From Nitrosopumilus sp. (GTDB lineage: Archaea > Thermoproteota > Nitrososphaeria > Nitrososphaerales > Nitrosopumilaceae): a stretch of 64,000 nt of DNA. Within the stretch, counting starts at the first letter, position 1. Each line of letters starts with the position of its first letter. The DNA is taken from positions 832,001 to 896,000 of the forward strand of contig OZ243974.1 of assembly GCA_965214775.1 (NCBI GenBank), given 5' to 3'. The position numbers were made by a program, and so were the translations under genes. Positions 1-9,077 of the stretch are shown piece by piece. The notes beneath the pieces were generated by a model. The model made no database searches. It saw nothing but the letters and a program-made list of their open reading frames with translations, and was not told the origin of the DNA.

Positions 1-1261
1 GATCTCGACGATCCATCTGCTGCCAAAGCCGACCGTGCTCTTCCAGTACCGCAGGTTCTCCTGTCTTTCCTCCTTTGAGAGATCACCCACCGGCACCTCG
101 GGGCCGCCCCCGAGCTGCCATCGCACCAGCCGGCCCCACTTGTCGCCGGTGCCCTTGCCCTTTGCATTGCAACTTGTCAAAAGCCGTATGAGTGGTTTTA
201 TGCCGCGTTTGTGACACTCGGCTACGTTTTTCCTCGAGCCGTATCCGCCGTCTGCAAGCAGGATCTTTCCCGGTATATCTGGATTCGCGCCGGTGCCGAG
301 TACAGCCAGCGGCGATGTCCCGTCTGCAAGCATGTTGGGGATCTTGACTGTATCCGCGCTGTCGGTGCGGCTCTGCTCCTCTTCCTTCTTGATGTTCTTG
401 ACTGTATCCGCGCTGTCGGTGCGGCTCTGCTCCTCTTCCTTCTTGATGTTCTTGACTGCATCCGCGCTGTCGGTGCGGCTCTGCTCCTCTTCCTTCTTGA
501 TGTTCTTGACTGCATCCGCGCTGTCGGTGCGGCTCTGCTCCTCTTCCTTCTTGATGTTCTTGACTGCATCCGCGCTGTCGGTGCGGCTCTGCTCCTCTTC
601 CTCCTCTTCCTTCTTGATGTTCTTGACTGCATCCTCAAGCAGTGCCGGCAGTTCCGTGCTGTCGCCGATTGCATCACTTGTGACAGATACTGCCAGCACC
701 TGCTTGGTGTCTGCATCGACCATCAGGTGCATCTTGACAAATCCGCGCCTTACCTTCCATTTCTTGCATATCCACTCGCCCCGGTTGTGCTGCTTGAGGC
801 CAGTGGCATCGGCTATCATGACCAGGTTGCGGGACTTGTCGCGCACCGTGATTATGTTCTCTGCAATGTCGACGTCAAGCTTCTGTATCCTTCTGAATAT
901 CGTGGTGTAACACGGCGAGTCCGCACCCTTTAGCATCTCCCCGAGCATACCTGACAGCTGCCTGTACTTTAGCATGAATGCGGTCCTGAGGGCGGCTGCG
1001 GCCATTATCATGCCTTCTGCATACAGGAACGGGGCGCCCTCCTTGTGGCGGTTGGCAACCTTGAGATCCTTCTCCCAGTCCGGGTTGTACTTGACGACCA
1101 GGCCTGCCCCTCTCTCTACGTACTTTGCATTATCCGTGCGTGTCAATGTATACAATACGAGGCATCCTCATGATCCATTACTTTTTCGGTCAGAATTAGT
1201 TGATCATTCCGGTGATTTTCAGTAAAGTTTCAAATTTTAGGCAGGGTTATGCAACAAACTA
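1..1261 (-). mobile_element. IS5-family (IS903-like) element, runs off the window start; transposase from TTG at 1146
   Basis: Minus-strand frame missing from the ORF track (no stop in window): ...GAPFLYAEG...YRQLSGML...PCYTTIFRR...IADATGLK...RGEW...FVKMHL...LADGGYGS...SRWIVE. Terminal repeat gttatgcaacaaacta at 1246-1261. Confidence 0.85.
343..630. repeat. 54-bp tandem repeat (~5 copies) inside the IS5 transposase, encoding (NIKKEEEQSRTDSADAVK)n
   Basis: Unit cttgactg(t/c)atccgcgctgtcggtgcggctctgctcctcttccttcttgatgtt starts at 343, 397, 451, 505, 559. Confidence 0.95.
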
Positions 1262-1285
1262 GCATACGGGAGGAAACGTTACGAT

Positions 1286-1762
1286 GTGGATCGAGCCAAC
1301 CGAGACGGGTACATCACAAGGCTGGAAAGTGCGTTTGAAGATGCCGTAAACATGCCTAATCGTCGGGGTCCATATTGCGTAACATTGGACAAACGTGGAA
1401 TAACCATGAACCCCAAAAAAGATCGCACGCAAGATCGTGCCAATTCTGAATGTTGGGAGGTAAATCCAAAGGAGTTTCTGGATGGCGACACTCTGTTGCG
1501 TGAGAAGATATCCGTTGCTGCCAGAGACGCATTGAAAAATTTCTTCAAACAGTATGAAAACCCCGACACACAGCATTATGGAAAAGACATGGAATCAGAA
1601 CAAACAGAAGAGCAAAAGAGACTGGAAATGGAATTGGAGAAATACAGATATGACATTGACCGGATGGTGAGAAGTTCCATAAAGTTCGGCATGTCACAGG
1701 AAAAGGCCGAGAAAAGCCTCCGCCCGAAACTGGAGAAGATCAAGGCCGCCAAAGGCAAGTGA
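1286..1762 (+). CDS. hypothetical protein, possibly 5'-truncated by the IS5 element
   Basis: 158-aa charged ORF, no recognised motif. Confidence 0.5.
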   Translation: MDRANRDGYITRLESAFEDAVNMPNRRGPYCVTLDKRGITMNPKKDRTQDRANSECWEVNPKEFLDGDTLLREKISVAARDALKNFFKQYENPDTQHYGKDMESEQTEEQKRLEMELEKYRYDIDRMVRSSIKFGMSQEKAEKSLRPKLEKIKAAKGK

Positions 1763-1787
1763 TAGGAAAGAGTTTACTCCTCAGGCG

Positions 1788-1875
1788 TAGTACCAACATC
1801 AAAAAATGGAATATAATTTTGTCACATCGTGCCTGTTTTGCCAAAAAAATATTCGATTTTCAACTGCACGCACTA
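1788..1875. mobile_element. ~88-bp MITE with TAG...CTA ends (IS630-related)
   Basis: Close copy at 16846-16933 (cacatcgtgcct...ttttcaactgcacgcacta). Left part resembles the IS630 end at 52554. Confidence 0.65.
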
Positions 1876-1916
1876 CTGCACTGCTGGCCGGGCAAGAGTT
1901 TGCCCCCGCCCTGCGT

Positions 1917-2056
1917 TAGTTTGTTGCATAACTCGATTTTTTTACTCGAATTCGTCCTAAACGACAAATCCAGATAAAAACCACAGTTGATTTCGGATCT
2001 ATCTGTGATCGAAATCAGGAGTTTTTTGACGAAAAAAGAAGTTATGCAACAAACTA
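1917..2056. mobile_element. 140-bp MITE related to the IS5 element
   Basis: TIR tagtttgttgcataac...gttatgcaacaaacta identical to the end at 1246-1261; 8-bp target duplication ccctgcgt (1909-1916 / 2057-2064). Confidence 0.92.
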
Positions 2057-2099
2057 CCCTGCGTGTAAAATATAATAACGACGTACCATACATGAGAAC

Positions 2100-2627
2100 A
2101 TGCAACATGCTGCACGGATACACGTAAGCGGAATCGTCCAAGGCGTCGGTTTTCGCTACCGGGTAAGGAGCGAGGCAGGCCGCCGGAGAATCACCGGACA
2201 CGTCGAGAACCTTGAGGACGGCACGGTCATGATAGAGTGCGAGGGCAAAAGGGAGGACATTGAGGGGCTTGTCGCCTCAATAAGGGACAGCAAAGAGCCG
2301 GTGCAGGTAGACGACATCGACGTGCAGTACTCAGAGGGTACCGGAAGGTTCAAGACATTCAGGATAGTGGCAGGAAACATGGAAAGCGAGATTGTCGAGG
2401 GCTTTGCTACCGGTGCCATGTACCTGAATGACATTGCCGCAGGGCAGAGACAGATGCTGGACAAGCAGGATCAGATGCTGGACAAGCAGGATCAGATGCT
2501 GGACAAGCAGGATCAGACCATAACGGAGATCCGAGATCTTTCATCCAACATCCACGAGATGCTTGACTCTCGGTTCGAGAGGATAGAAAACGACATAACC
2601 AAGATAAAATCAAAACTGCAGATATGA
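2100..2627 (+). CDS. acyP: acylphosphatase with C-terminal coiled-coil extension (QMLDKQD x3)
   Basis: VSGIVQGVGFR...ITGHVENLEDGTV signature; 21-bp repeats at 2451-2513. Confidence 0.85.
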   Translation: MQHAARIHVSGIVQGVGFRYRVRSEAGRRRITGHVENLEDGTVMIECEGKREDIEGLVASIRDSKEPVQVDDIDVQYSEGTGRFKTFRIVAGNMESEIVEGFATGAMYLNDIAAGQRQMLDKQDQMLDKQDQMLDKQDQTITEIRDLSSNIHEMLDSRFERIENDITKIKSKLQI

Positions 2628-2836
2628 CCCGCATCTGCCGGGGTGCGGTAAGGCCATAGGCCTGAACAATGAACTGACGCGCCCTAGGATGCGGCGTGAG
2701 GTACATGATGATCAGGATCTTGTCCGGCAGTGCAGCCTAGGGAGTGGTGGGATAAACTCCAATATCAAATTATGCTGATTCCTTGCAGTATGAGACGTTA
2801 TATCAAATCTTATCTGTAGCGGACGCCATATTATCC

Positions 2837-2970
2837 GTGTTGGGCCCAAGAGCCGAAGTAAACTTGCCACACATGAGGGCGCGTAAGAGACTGGCTCAGA
2901 GTAGACGGACGACGAAATGCCACATAATCGAGGGCGAATGGGAGTTTTCCGTTCAGTTGGGCACACACAC
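2837..2970 (+). ncRNA. putative IS110 bridge RNA (two internal-loop hairpins inside a closing stem)
   Basis: Closing stem gtgttgggcccaa/ttgggcacacac; loop 1 gagcc...ggctc; loop 2 acgga...tccgt; both loops have an apical gcc...ggc stem; lies directly upstream of an IS110 transposase start. Confidence 0.6.
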
Positions 2971-2994
2971 TTTGATCAAAAAGGAGGTGATAAA

Positions 2995-3154
2995 ATGATC
3001 AACATAGGAATAGACGTTCATAAGAAGACATGGTAAGAGTTTACCCCTCAGGCGACTCTGCTGGTCGGAGCCTTGATCACCGTGCCTACCACGTCGTATT
3101 TTCTGGAGGGGGTGAGCTCTTACGAAGACATGTATAGTAACCATCAAAGACCAG
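2995..3154 (+). pseudogene. IS110-family (DEDD) transposase N-terminal remnant, disrupted by MITEs
   Basis: SD aaggaggtga then MINIGIDVHKKT[MITE]CIVTIKD, matching the IS110 GIDVHK motif. Confidence 0.75.
3033..3123. mobile_element. 91-bp IS66-related MITE
   Basis: gtaagag...ctcttac ends; 9-bp duplication gaagacatg; end gagtttacccctcaggcg shared with the IS66 end at 62387. Confidence 0.88.
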
Positions 3155-3236
3155 GTACAACTTCAGGTCCTATTTATACTGGCAAGCAAATACTTCCTAG
3201 ATTCCTAGGCGGTTTAAATAGGACCTGAAGTTGTAC
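3155..3236. mobile_element. 82-bp MITE with 22-bp perfect TIR
   Basis: gtacaacttcaggtcctattta...taaataggacctgaagttgtac. Confidence 0.8.
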
Positions 3237-3370
3237 GAAGTCTTTGAGTCAAAGTAGGTCATAACTACACGTAAAAAACCTCAATTATTTCTGCTCGTTG
3301 CTATACAAACAGTCGAGGCCTTTGACGGGCAATCTGACCGTGTTTTGACTCAAAGACTTTTACTGTTGCC
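3237..3370. mobile_element. truncated copies of the MITE seen intact at 63087-63165
   Basis: gtctttgagtcaaa...ttctgctcgttgcta nearly identical to 63102-63165; an inverted end tttgactcaaagac lies near 3344-3357. Confidence 0.7.
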
Positions 3371-3434
3371 ATATTATTGGTACATTTTTCGAATGAACCA
3401 CTTTGCTAATTATTCAAAACGAGTATTGCGGATC

Positions 3435-4457
3435 ATGGCACTTGGAGAGACTAGTACAAAATATTCCGTATCCAATCAAGAGATACAAAATCTAAGTGAT
3501 GATGCCCAAAAATACTCTGAAAAACTATTGGGAATATTTGATGAAACTCACAAGGTCATTATCGGACAAGAGAACGCACTGCAAAAAATCCTCATCTCAA
3601 TTATTGCAGACGGACATGTGCTTTTGGAAAGCGTTCCCGGTCTTGCTAAAACTTTGATGGTAAAAACCATGGCACAAATTTTCAATGTAGATCACGTTAG
3701 AATTCAATTTACGCCAGATCTCTTGCCTGCAGATATTTTAGGAACAAAAATTTACAAAAATTCTTCGGGTTCCTTTGTCACCCAAAAGGGCCCAATCTTT
3801 CACAATTTTGTTTTAGCTGACGAAATTAATCGCGCACCGCCCAAAGTCCAGTCTGCATTGCTTGAGGCAATGCAAGAAAGGAATGTGAGCATTCATGGCG
3901 ATACCTATGAACTAAAACGGCCGTTTTTGGTTCTGGCCACCCAAAACCCGATTGAAAACGAAGGAACATACAGGCTTCCAGAAGCCCAGGTTGACAGATT
4001 TGCCCTGAAAATCCTACTTGATTATCCATCAAAGCAAGAAGAGATGGATATCATCGAGAGAAATTCTTCAAACTACAACCCCGAAATCAAAGCAATGGTT
4101 AGCCCCGAAGAAATTCTAGAGATTCAAAAGTTTAATGAGAAAATTTACGCCGATAAAGTGATCACTGAATATATTGCAGATATTGTCAACGCAACAAGAA
4201 ACCCAAAGGAATATGAGCTGGATTTAGAAGACATAGTTGAATTTGGCGCATCGCCAAGAGCATCAATATGGCTAATGAGAACAGCAAAGGCAAACGCGCT
4301 GCTTGATGGAAGGGGATTTATCATTCCTGAGGACGTAAAGGCAGTTGCTCACGAAGTCTTGCGTCATAGAATTATCCTGACTTTTGCAGCAGAAGCAAAC
4401 GGGTTGACTGCCGATAAAGTCATTGACTTTGTTTTAGAAAAAATTAATTCCCCATAG
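3435..4457 (+). CDS. moxR: MoxR-family AAA+ ATPase
   Basis: GHVLLESVPGLAKT, RIQFTPDLLPADI, DEINRAPPKVQSALLEAMQE, ATQNPIE, LPEAQVDRF. Confidence 0.95.
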   Translation: MALGETSTKYSVSNQEIQNLSDDAQKYSEKLLGIFDETHKVIIGQENALQKILISIIADGHVLLESVPGLAKTLMVKTMAQIFNVDHVRIQFTPDLLPADILGTKIYKNSSGSFVTQKGPIFHNFVLADEINRAPPKVQSALLEAMQERNVSIHGDTYELKRPFLVLATQNPIENEGTYRLPEAQVDRFALKILLDYPSKQEEMDIIERNSSNYNPEIKAMVSPEEILEIQKFNEKIYADKVITEYIADIVNATRNPKEYELDLEDIVEFGASPRASIWLMRTAKANALLDGRGFIIPEDVKAVAHEVLRHRIILTFAAEANGLTADKVIDFVLEKINSP

Positions 4458-4459
4458 AA

Positions 4460-5341
4460 ATGACTGAGATATCTGAGATTCTACAGAAAGTAAAGAATCT
4501 TGAAATAAAGACCAAAAATATCTCCGAAGGCATGGAATCTGGCGCCTACAGATCCCGATTTCGCGGTGGCGGCGGGATAGAGTTTTCAGGGGTGCGGGAA
4601 TACACGGCCGGAGATGATGCAAGAAGGGTTGACTGGAACGTTTCGGCACGTTACAACGATTTGTTTGTCAAAGAGTTTGTAGAGGACAAAGAGCTGAATG
4701 TCTATGTGATTGTGGATCTATCATCAAGTAATGATTTTGGTTTTAAGAAGAGCAAAAAGGAGCTGGGCTTTGAGATATCAGCTTCGCTGATGTTTTCGGC
4801 ATTAAAAAACAATGACAGAGTTGGAATGGGGCTGTTTACAACCTGCATGGAAAAATTCGTTCCAGCAAAAAAAGGAAAAAAACACATGATGGAAATCTTA
4901 AAACAATTGCTTGATCATACCCCAAAAGACAAGAATACGGACATTCTAAAATCGCTATCCGAATTGCAAAAACATCTCAAACAAAGAAGCATAATTTTTG
5001 TCATTTCTGATTTTATCTCTGATTCGTTTGAAAAGCCTCTGAAATATTTGAAACTGCAACATCAAGTGGTTCTAATTAATATTTCAGACATTAGAGAAGC
5101 CGAAATTCCTGATATCGGGTACGCATATTTAGAGGACGCAGAATCCGGCGAACAAATTCTTGTAAACACCTCGGATGAAAAATTCCGGGAGGAATATTCG
5201 AAACGAATCAAGCAAGCAAGAATTGAAAACGAACGTCGGATGAAAAAATTGGGAATCGGCCATCTTAGTCTAAGCGCAGAGGAGCCGTTTGATGTTACGT
5301 TTAATCGGCATATCAGAAACAAAATCAGGAGAAGACCGTAA
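4460..5341 (+). CDS. DUF58 domain (VWA-like) protein
   Basis: GIEFSGVREYTAGDDARRVDWNVSAR...VKEF; FVISDF. Confidence 0.92.
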   Translation: MTEISEILQKVKNLEIKTKNISEGMESGAYRSRFRGGGGIEFSGVREYTAGDDARRVDWNVSARYNDLFVKEFVEDKELNVYVIVDLSSSNDFGFKKSKKELGFEISASLMFSALKNNDRVGMGLFTTCMEKFVPAKKGKKHMMEILKQLLDHTPKDKNTDILKSLSELQKHLKQRSIIFVISDFISDSFEKPLKYLKLQHQVVLINISDIREAEIPDIGYAYLEDAESGEQILVNTSDEKFREEYSKRIKQARIENERRMKKLGIGHLSLSAEEPFDVTFNRHIRNKIRRRP

Positions 5342-6291
5342 TGGATTTGCACTTTGAATATCTCCATGCCTTGCTTTTGCTGCTGATGATACCCGGATTG
5401 TATTTCTTGTATGCAAAATACAGCTCGGAAAAAAAAGAATCGGCACTAAAATTTAGCTCCCTTAAAATCATAAAAAAATCAATCACCGGAAGAAATTTTG
5501 CAAGAAAGCACCTGCCATTTGTGCTAATGATGGGAGTGCTGGGGCTAGTCATCATAGGATTTGCAAACCCCCAGATTCCTTCTTTGGCATTTGAGAGAGG
5601 CATCAATTTGAGCGTAGTTTTAGACGGTTCTGGGAGCATGGCAGCATCTGATTACAACCCAACACGCCTGGATGCTGCAAAAGACGCAATTGTCAAACTG
5701 ATTGCAAAGATTGGCCCTCAGAACAATGTAGGGGTAGTTCTCTTTGAATCAGGAGCTACAACAATCACCTACCTGTCCCCTGACAAACAAAGGGCTATCA
5801 GTGCCGTTTCGTCAATTCAACAGGGCCAGGGCGCAACTGCGATCGGTGATGGCCTGTCATTGGGAATTGACATGTCGTCTTCAATTCCTGACAGAAAAAG
5901 CGTAGTAATTTTACTAAGTGATGGCGTACACAATTCAGGCTTTGTCACTCCCGATGAGGCAATTGAGTATGCCAAGGCCAACAATGTCCAGATTCATGCT
6001 GTTGGACTAGGTTCGGCCGAGCCGGTCTATCTCAGGGATGACATCTATGGCGAACCACAGTATGCAAAATTGGATGAAGAGACTCTGATGAAAATTTCAA
6101 GCGAAACCGGAGGAAGTTATTTCAAATCACTTGATGAAAAAACACTCGGCGATATTTTTGCCACACTTGGCAGTAATTTAGAATTTGAAACGGAATATTC
6201 CACCATAAGAGACTGGTTTTATGCAGCAGCCATTGGGCTGATGCTGATTAATGCCTACGTTATTTATGGGAGATACAGGATAGTTGCATAG
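5341..6291 (+). CDS. BatA-like membrane-anchored VWA domain protein
   Basis: N-terminal hydrophobic segments, MIDAS DGSGSM, TAIGDG, LLSDG, C-terminal TM. Confidence 0.9.
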   Translation: MDLHFEYLHALLLLLMIPGLYFLYAKYSSEKKESALKFSSLKIIKKSITGRNFARKHLPFVLMMGVLGLVIIGFANPQIPSLAFERGINLSVVLDGSGSMAASDYNPTRLDAAKDAIVKLIAKIGPQNNVGVVLFESGATTITYLSPDKQRAISAVSSIQQGQGATAIGDGLSLGIDMSSSIPDRKSVVILLSDGVHNSGFVTPDEAIEYAKANNVQIHAVGLGSAEPVYLRDDIYGEPQYAKLDEETLMKISSETGGSYFKSLDEKTLGDIFATLGSNLEFETEYSTIRDWFYAAAIGLMLINAYVIYGRYRIVA

Positions 6292-6309
6292 AGTTTTTGG
6301 TAAGAGATT

Positions 6310-7644
6310 TTGAAATCGGTTTTTATCTTTGGTTTGTTTTCTGCAATGTCTTTTTTGCTTTTCAATCCCGTTTTTGCTCAAGAAGCGAATCTTGAAATGG
6401 ATTGGATTGTTGAAGGACAGATTAATGAGCAGGAAATTTCCCCTGAAGAAGCTGAAATTGTCTCATCTTATGAAAAGCTAATCAAAGAAGAAGAAGAACC
6501 AAAAAAACCGATCTATGACAGGTTTGTGACAAACAATCAGTATTCTGTTGGCGATCGCAAGATTACAATCGAGTCCGAAGAAGGACAAATGCTAAACGGG
6601 GTGATTATTGAGCAGCAAGAACTTCAAAAAGACAGTTTCAAGCACAAAATCAGGTATTATGACAGGTTTTCAGACGGTTATGTAGAGGTTGCAGAGGCGC
6701 TTTTAGACCCGATTGGAGAAAACAAGTATCTCATCGAGGGGCGTTCGCTTGATCATAATCCGAACTCAAATCTTGAGTTGTTTGTGATCGAAAGAGGCTA
6801 TTCCTTAGATGATCTTGAGGCAATTCCAAATGATATCTTCTCTCCCAAAGAATTCACGCTTGGACGGCAACTAATGCAAGAGTTCGAGGCAGCTGGAGAA
6901 GGGGGGGTTGATCTCAGACAGTATGCAGTTAACCACCTACATATGAACAAGGAGCAGATCCGAGAGAAAATGATAGAGTCATTCTCAAAACAAAGTTCTG
7001 AAATGTTTGCAGACATCATGGCAGGAAACACATTACAGTCCGAGTTAGAGTCCAAGGCAGGGGTTCCCGTATCTGTGCCTTTGAGAGAATCTCAAAGCAT
7101 CTTTGATAATTTCAAATTCGAGCAGCCTAAATTTGAAAGCACGCGATACGTACGTGATTCATTACAAGGCGGGCCAGTTGAGACTCTCCAGCCGGCCACG
7201 GACATGGAGGACAATCCATGGTTCATTCTAATTCCGGCAGCTGCCGGCCTGGCAATCTTTGGATACATGATGAAGAGAAAATTATCTCAAGGAACCACGG
7301 AAGAACCGCCATTGTTGTCTGCAACAGAACCCCGTGTAAAATACAAAGACATAACACAAGACATGCTGAATAATTCGTTGAGTCTTTACAATTCCAACAA
7401 ACAAAAGCAGGCATACAAAGTTCTAAGTCAGGCAATTAGATACTATTATTCGCAAGACCTGAAAATTTTCAGAGATATTACAAGCTTTGAATTGGCTGAC
7501 TTGATGAGGAAACAAAAGCCTTCAGACTATTCCAAGATCAGGAATTGGCTGTTGCTGTGCGGCAGTGTAGAATTTGCAAGGCATCCAACAGATGAGGCTG
7601 CCTTCAGAGATGCGTTGTCCCAATTCTCAAAGATCATATCATGA
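6310..7644 (+). CDS. exported single-pass membrane protein (last gene of the MoxR operon)
   Basis: Signal peptide, acidic ectodomain, TM PWFILIPAAAGLAIFGY, C-terminal IRYY...TSFE...VEFA resembling Bat-operon partner domains. Confidence 0.75.
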   Translation: MKSVFIFGLFSAMSFLLFNPVFAQEANLEMDWIVEGQINEQEISPEEAEIVSSYEKLIKEEEEPKKPIYDRFVTNNQYSVGDRKITIESEEGQMLNGVIIEQQELQKDSFKHKIRYYDRFSDGYVEVAEALLDPIGENKYLIEGRSLDHNPNSNLELFVIERGYSLDDLEAIPNDIFSPKEFTLGRQLMQEFEAAGEGGVDLRQYAVNHLHMNKEQIREKMIESFSKQSSEMFADIMAGNTLQSELESKAGVPVSVPLRESQSIFDNFKFEQPKFESTRYVRDSLQGGPVETLQPATDMEDNPWFILIPAAAGLAIFGYMMKRKLSQGTTEEPPLLSATEPRVKYKDITQDMLNNSLSLYNSNKQKQAYKVLSQAIRYYYSQDLKIFRDITSFELADLMRKQKPSDYSKIRNWLLLCGSVEFARHPTDEAAFRDALSQFSKIIS

Positions 7645-7647
7645 TTC

Positions 7648-8979
7648 CTACCTGATTTCTATCTGACAGTTGTGAAAAACACCATTCCACTTGGTGTGGC
7701 CCAAGAACCTCTTTACTTCAAACTCTTCCAAGTCATAAAATGTTGTGCCTGTTTTGCCCAAAATGCCTCCATTTTTGTCATAAAATGAAACAATCAAATC
7801 CACCTGTTCTCGACTGATATTGTCATTGTTGTATTTCCCAGACACTGTCACTAGTCCAAAATCGTCTTTTGTACATGAAAAGTCTTCGACCCCCTGAACA
7901 GACGAGGTTTCAGGCTCGATGGACTTGGGAACGATTCTTTGTATTGGTTCTGTTTCTCCTACCGGCTCAGATGGGGCTTCCCTTTGCAAGGTTTTGTAGA
8001 GTTGCGTATTTACGCTGTCATTGTGATAAAAGTTTATTTTGTCCAGTATTTTTCCTGCGAATCTGGTTGTCGGCTCTGTTTTGTCTAGTTTGATTTCATT
8101 TTTATTGTAGTCATAGTGTTCGGCGTATTCATCAAAAATCACTACATGAAAAGCCATGTTCTCATAGCTGCATGAGGTCATTGCACCGTTGATTTTGTAA
8201 TCAAAAAAGCACTGAGAATTTTCATTTAGAACCGTTGATAAGTATGACGATTCAAAAATTGTTGAATTGTCATTTCTTTCAAACGAATTCCAGTAACTGT
8301 CAAGATCATTTTGATCATTGAATTCGGCAATTTGTAAAATCAACGAGGGGACTTTGAATTTGTAAAATGTTGGATCATATACCCTTGTAATATCAGTAAA
8401 CATGATTCTCACAGAGTCCGTTACCCCCTGCTTTTCTTCAAATCCATATTCAGTGGAAAGAACCCTCCATTTGGTTTCTTTAGTTATGCCGAGAATCTCT
8501 TTTTCTGTCAACAAGTATTTTTCAAGACTTGATTCAAATGCCTGCTCTTCATCAAGGTATCCTGTCTCTGGTGCATATTCCAGGTATCCGGATTCCCTCA
8601 GATAATGAACTGTTCCTAGGAATTGCTCATCGGTAATTTTTCCCTCGGTCCACCATTGTGCGCGATCTTTTGTCCAAATGGGAATTAATTCCGAATCTAC
8701 ATTTTGAGTGAGTTCTGGAATGTCTTTAACCACTATTTTGGAAGCATGTTTGAGATTTTTCTCATCTGCAATCTCAATTGGAAGAATGCCGTTGTTTAGC
8801 ACATTTTCAATCAATGCCAAGTATTCGGCATCTGTAATGCCTCCATTTACCCAGATTTCAGTTGATTGCCTAACCCACTGGGGAAAAATTGAATCGTTCT
8901 GGGCAAAGGCTTCTGTTTGAAATGAAATTAAAACCAGAGTCAGCACTAGTCCAATTAGAAGATCAGAACAAGTTTTCAC
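7648..8979 (-). CDS. exported protein with thaumarchaeal P-x-W...W motifs
   Basis: Signal peptide; FPQWVRQSTEIWVNGGITDAEY and IPIWTKDRAQWWTEGKITDEQF; C-terminal beta-rich domain. Confidence 0.8.
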   Translation of the reverse strand: MKTCSDLLIGLVLTLVLISFQTEAFAQNDSIFPQWVRQSTEIWVNGGITDAEYLALIENVLNNGILPIEIADEKNLKHASKIVVKDIPELTQNVDSELIPIWTKDRAQWWTEGKITDEQFLGTVHYLRESGYLEYAPETGYLDEEQAFESSLEKYLLTEKEILGITKETKWRVLSTEYGFEEKQGVTDSVRIMFTDITRVYDPTFYKFKVPSLILQIAEFNDQNDLDSYWNSFERNDNSTIFESSYLSTVLNENSQCFFDYKINGAMTSCSYENMAFHVVIFDEYAEHYDYNKNEIKLDKTEPTTRFAGKILDKINFYHNDSVNTQLYKTLQREAPSEPVGETEPIQRIVPKSIEPETSSVQGVEDFSCTKDDFGLVTVSGKYNNDNISREQVDLIVSFYDKNGGILGKTGTTFYDLEEFEVKRFLGHTKWNGVFHNCQIEIR

Positions 8980-9077
8980 GATCCGTGGTTTGTCTTTTAA
9001 AATAAATAAATAATTGGTACATTTCTCGAATGGACCATTCCTTTTTTATTCAAAACTGAGTCTTGAAGAGCACCAAC

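Noticed and set aside
211-933. Plus-strand 240-aa Leu-rich repeat ORF and the overlapping 222-716 / 293-910 ORFs
   Set aside because: Shadow frames of the minus-strand IS5 transposase, kept open by the 54-bp repeat.
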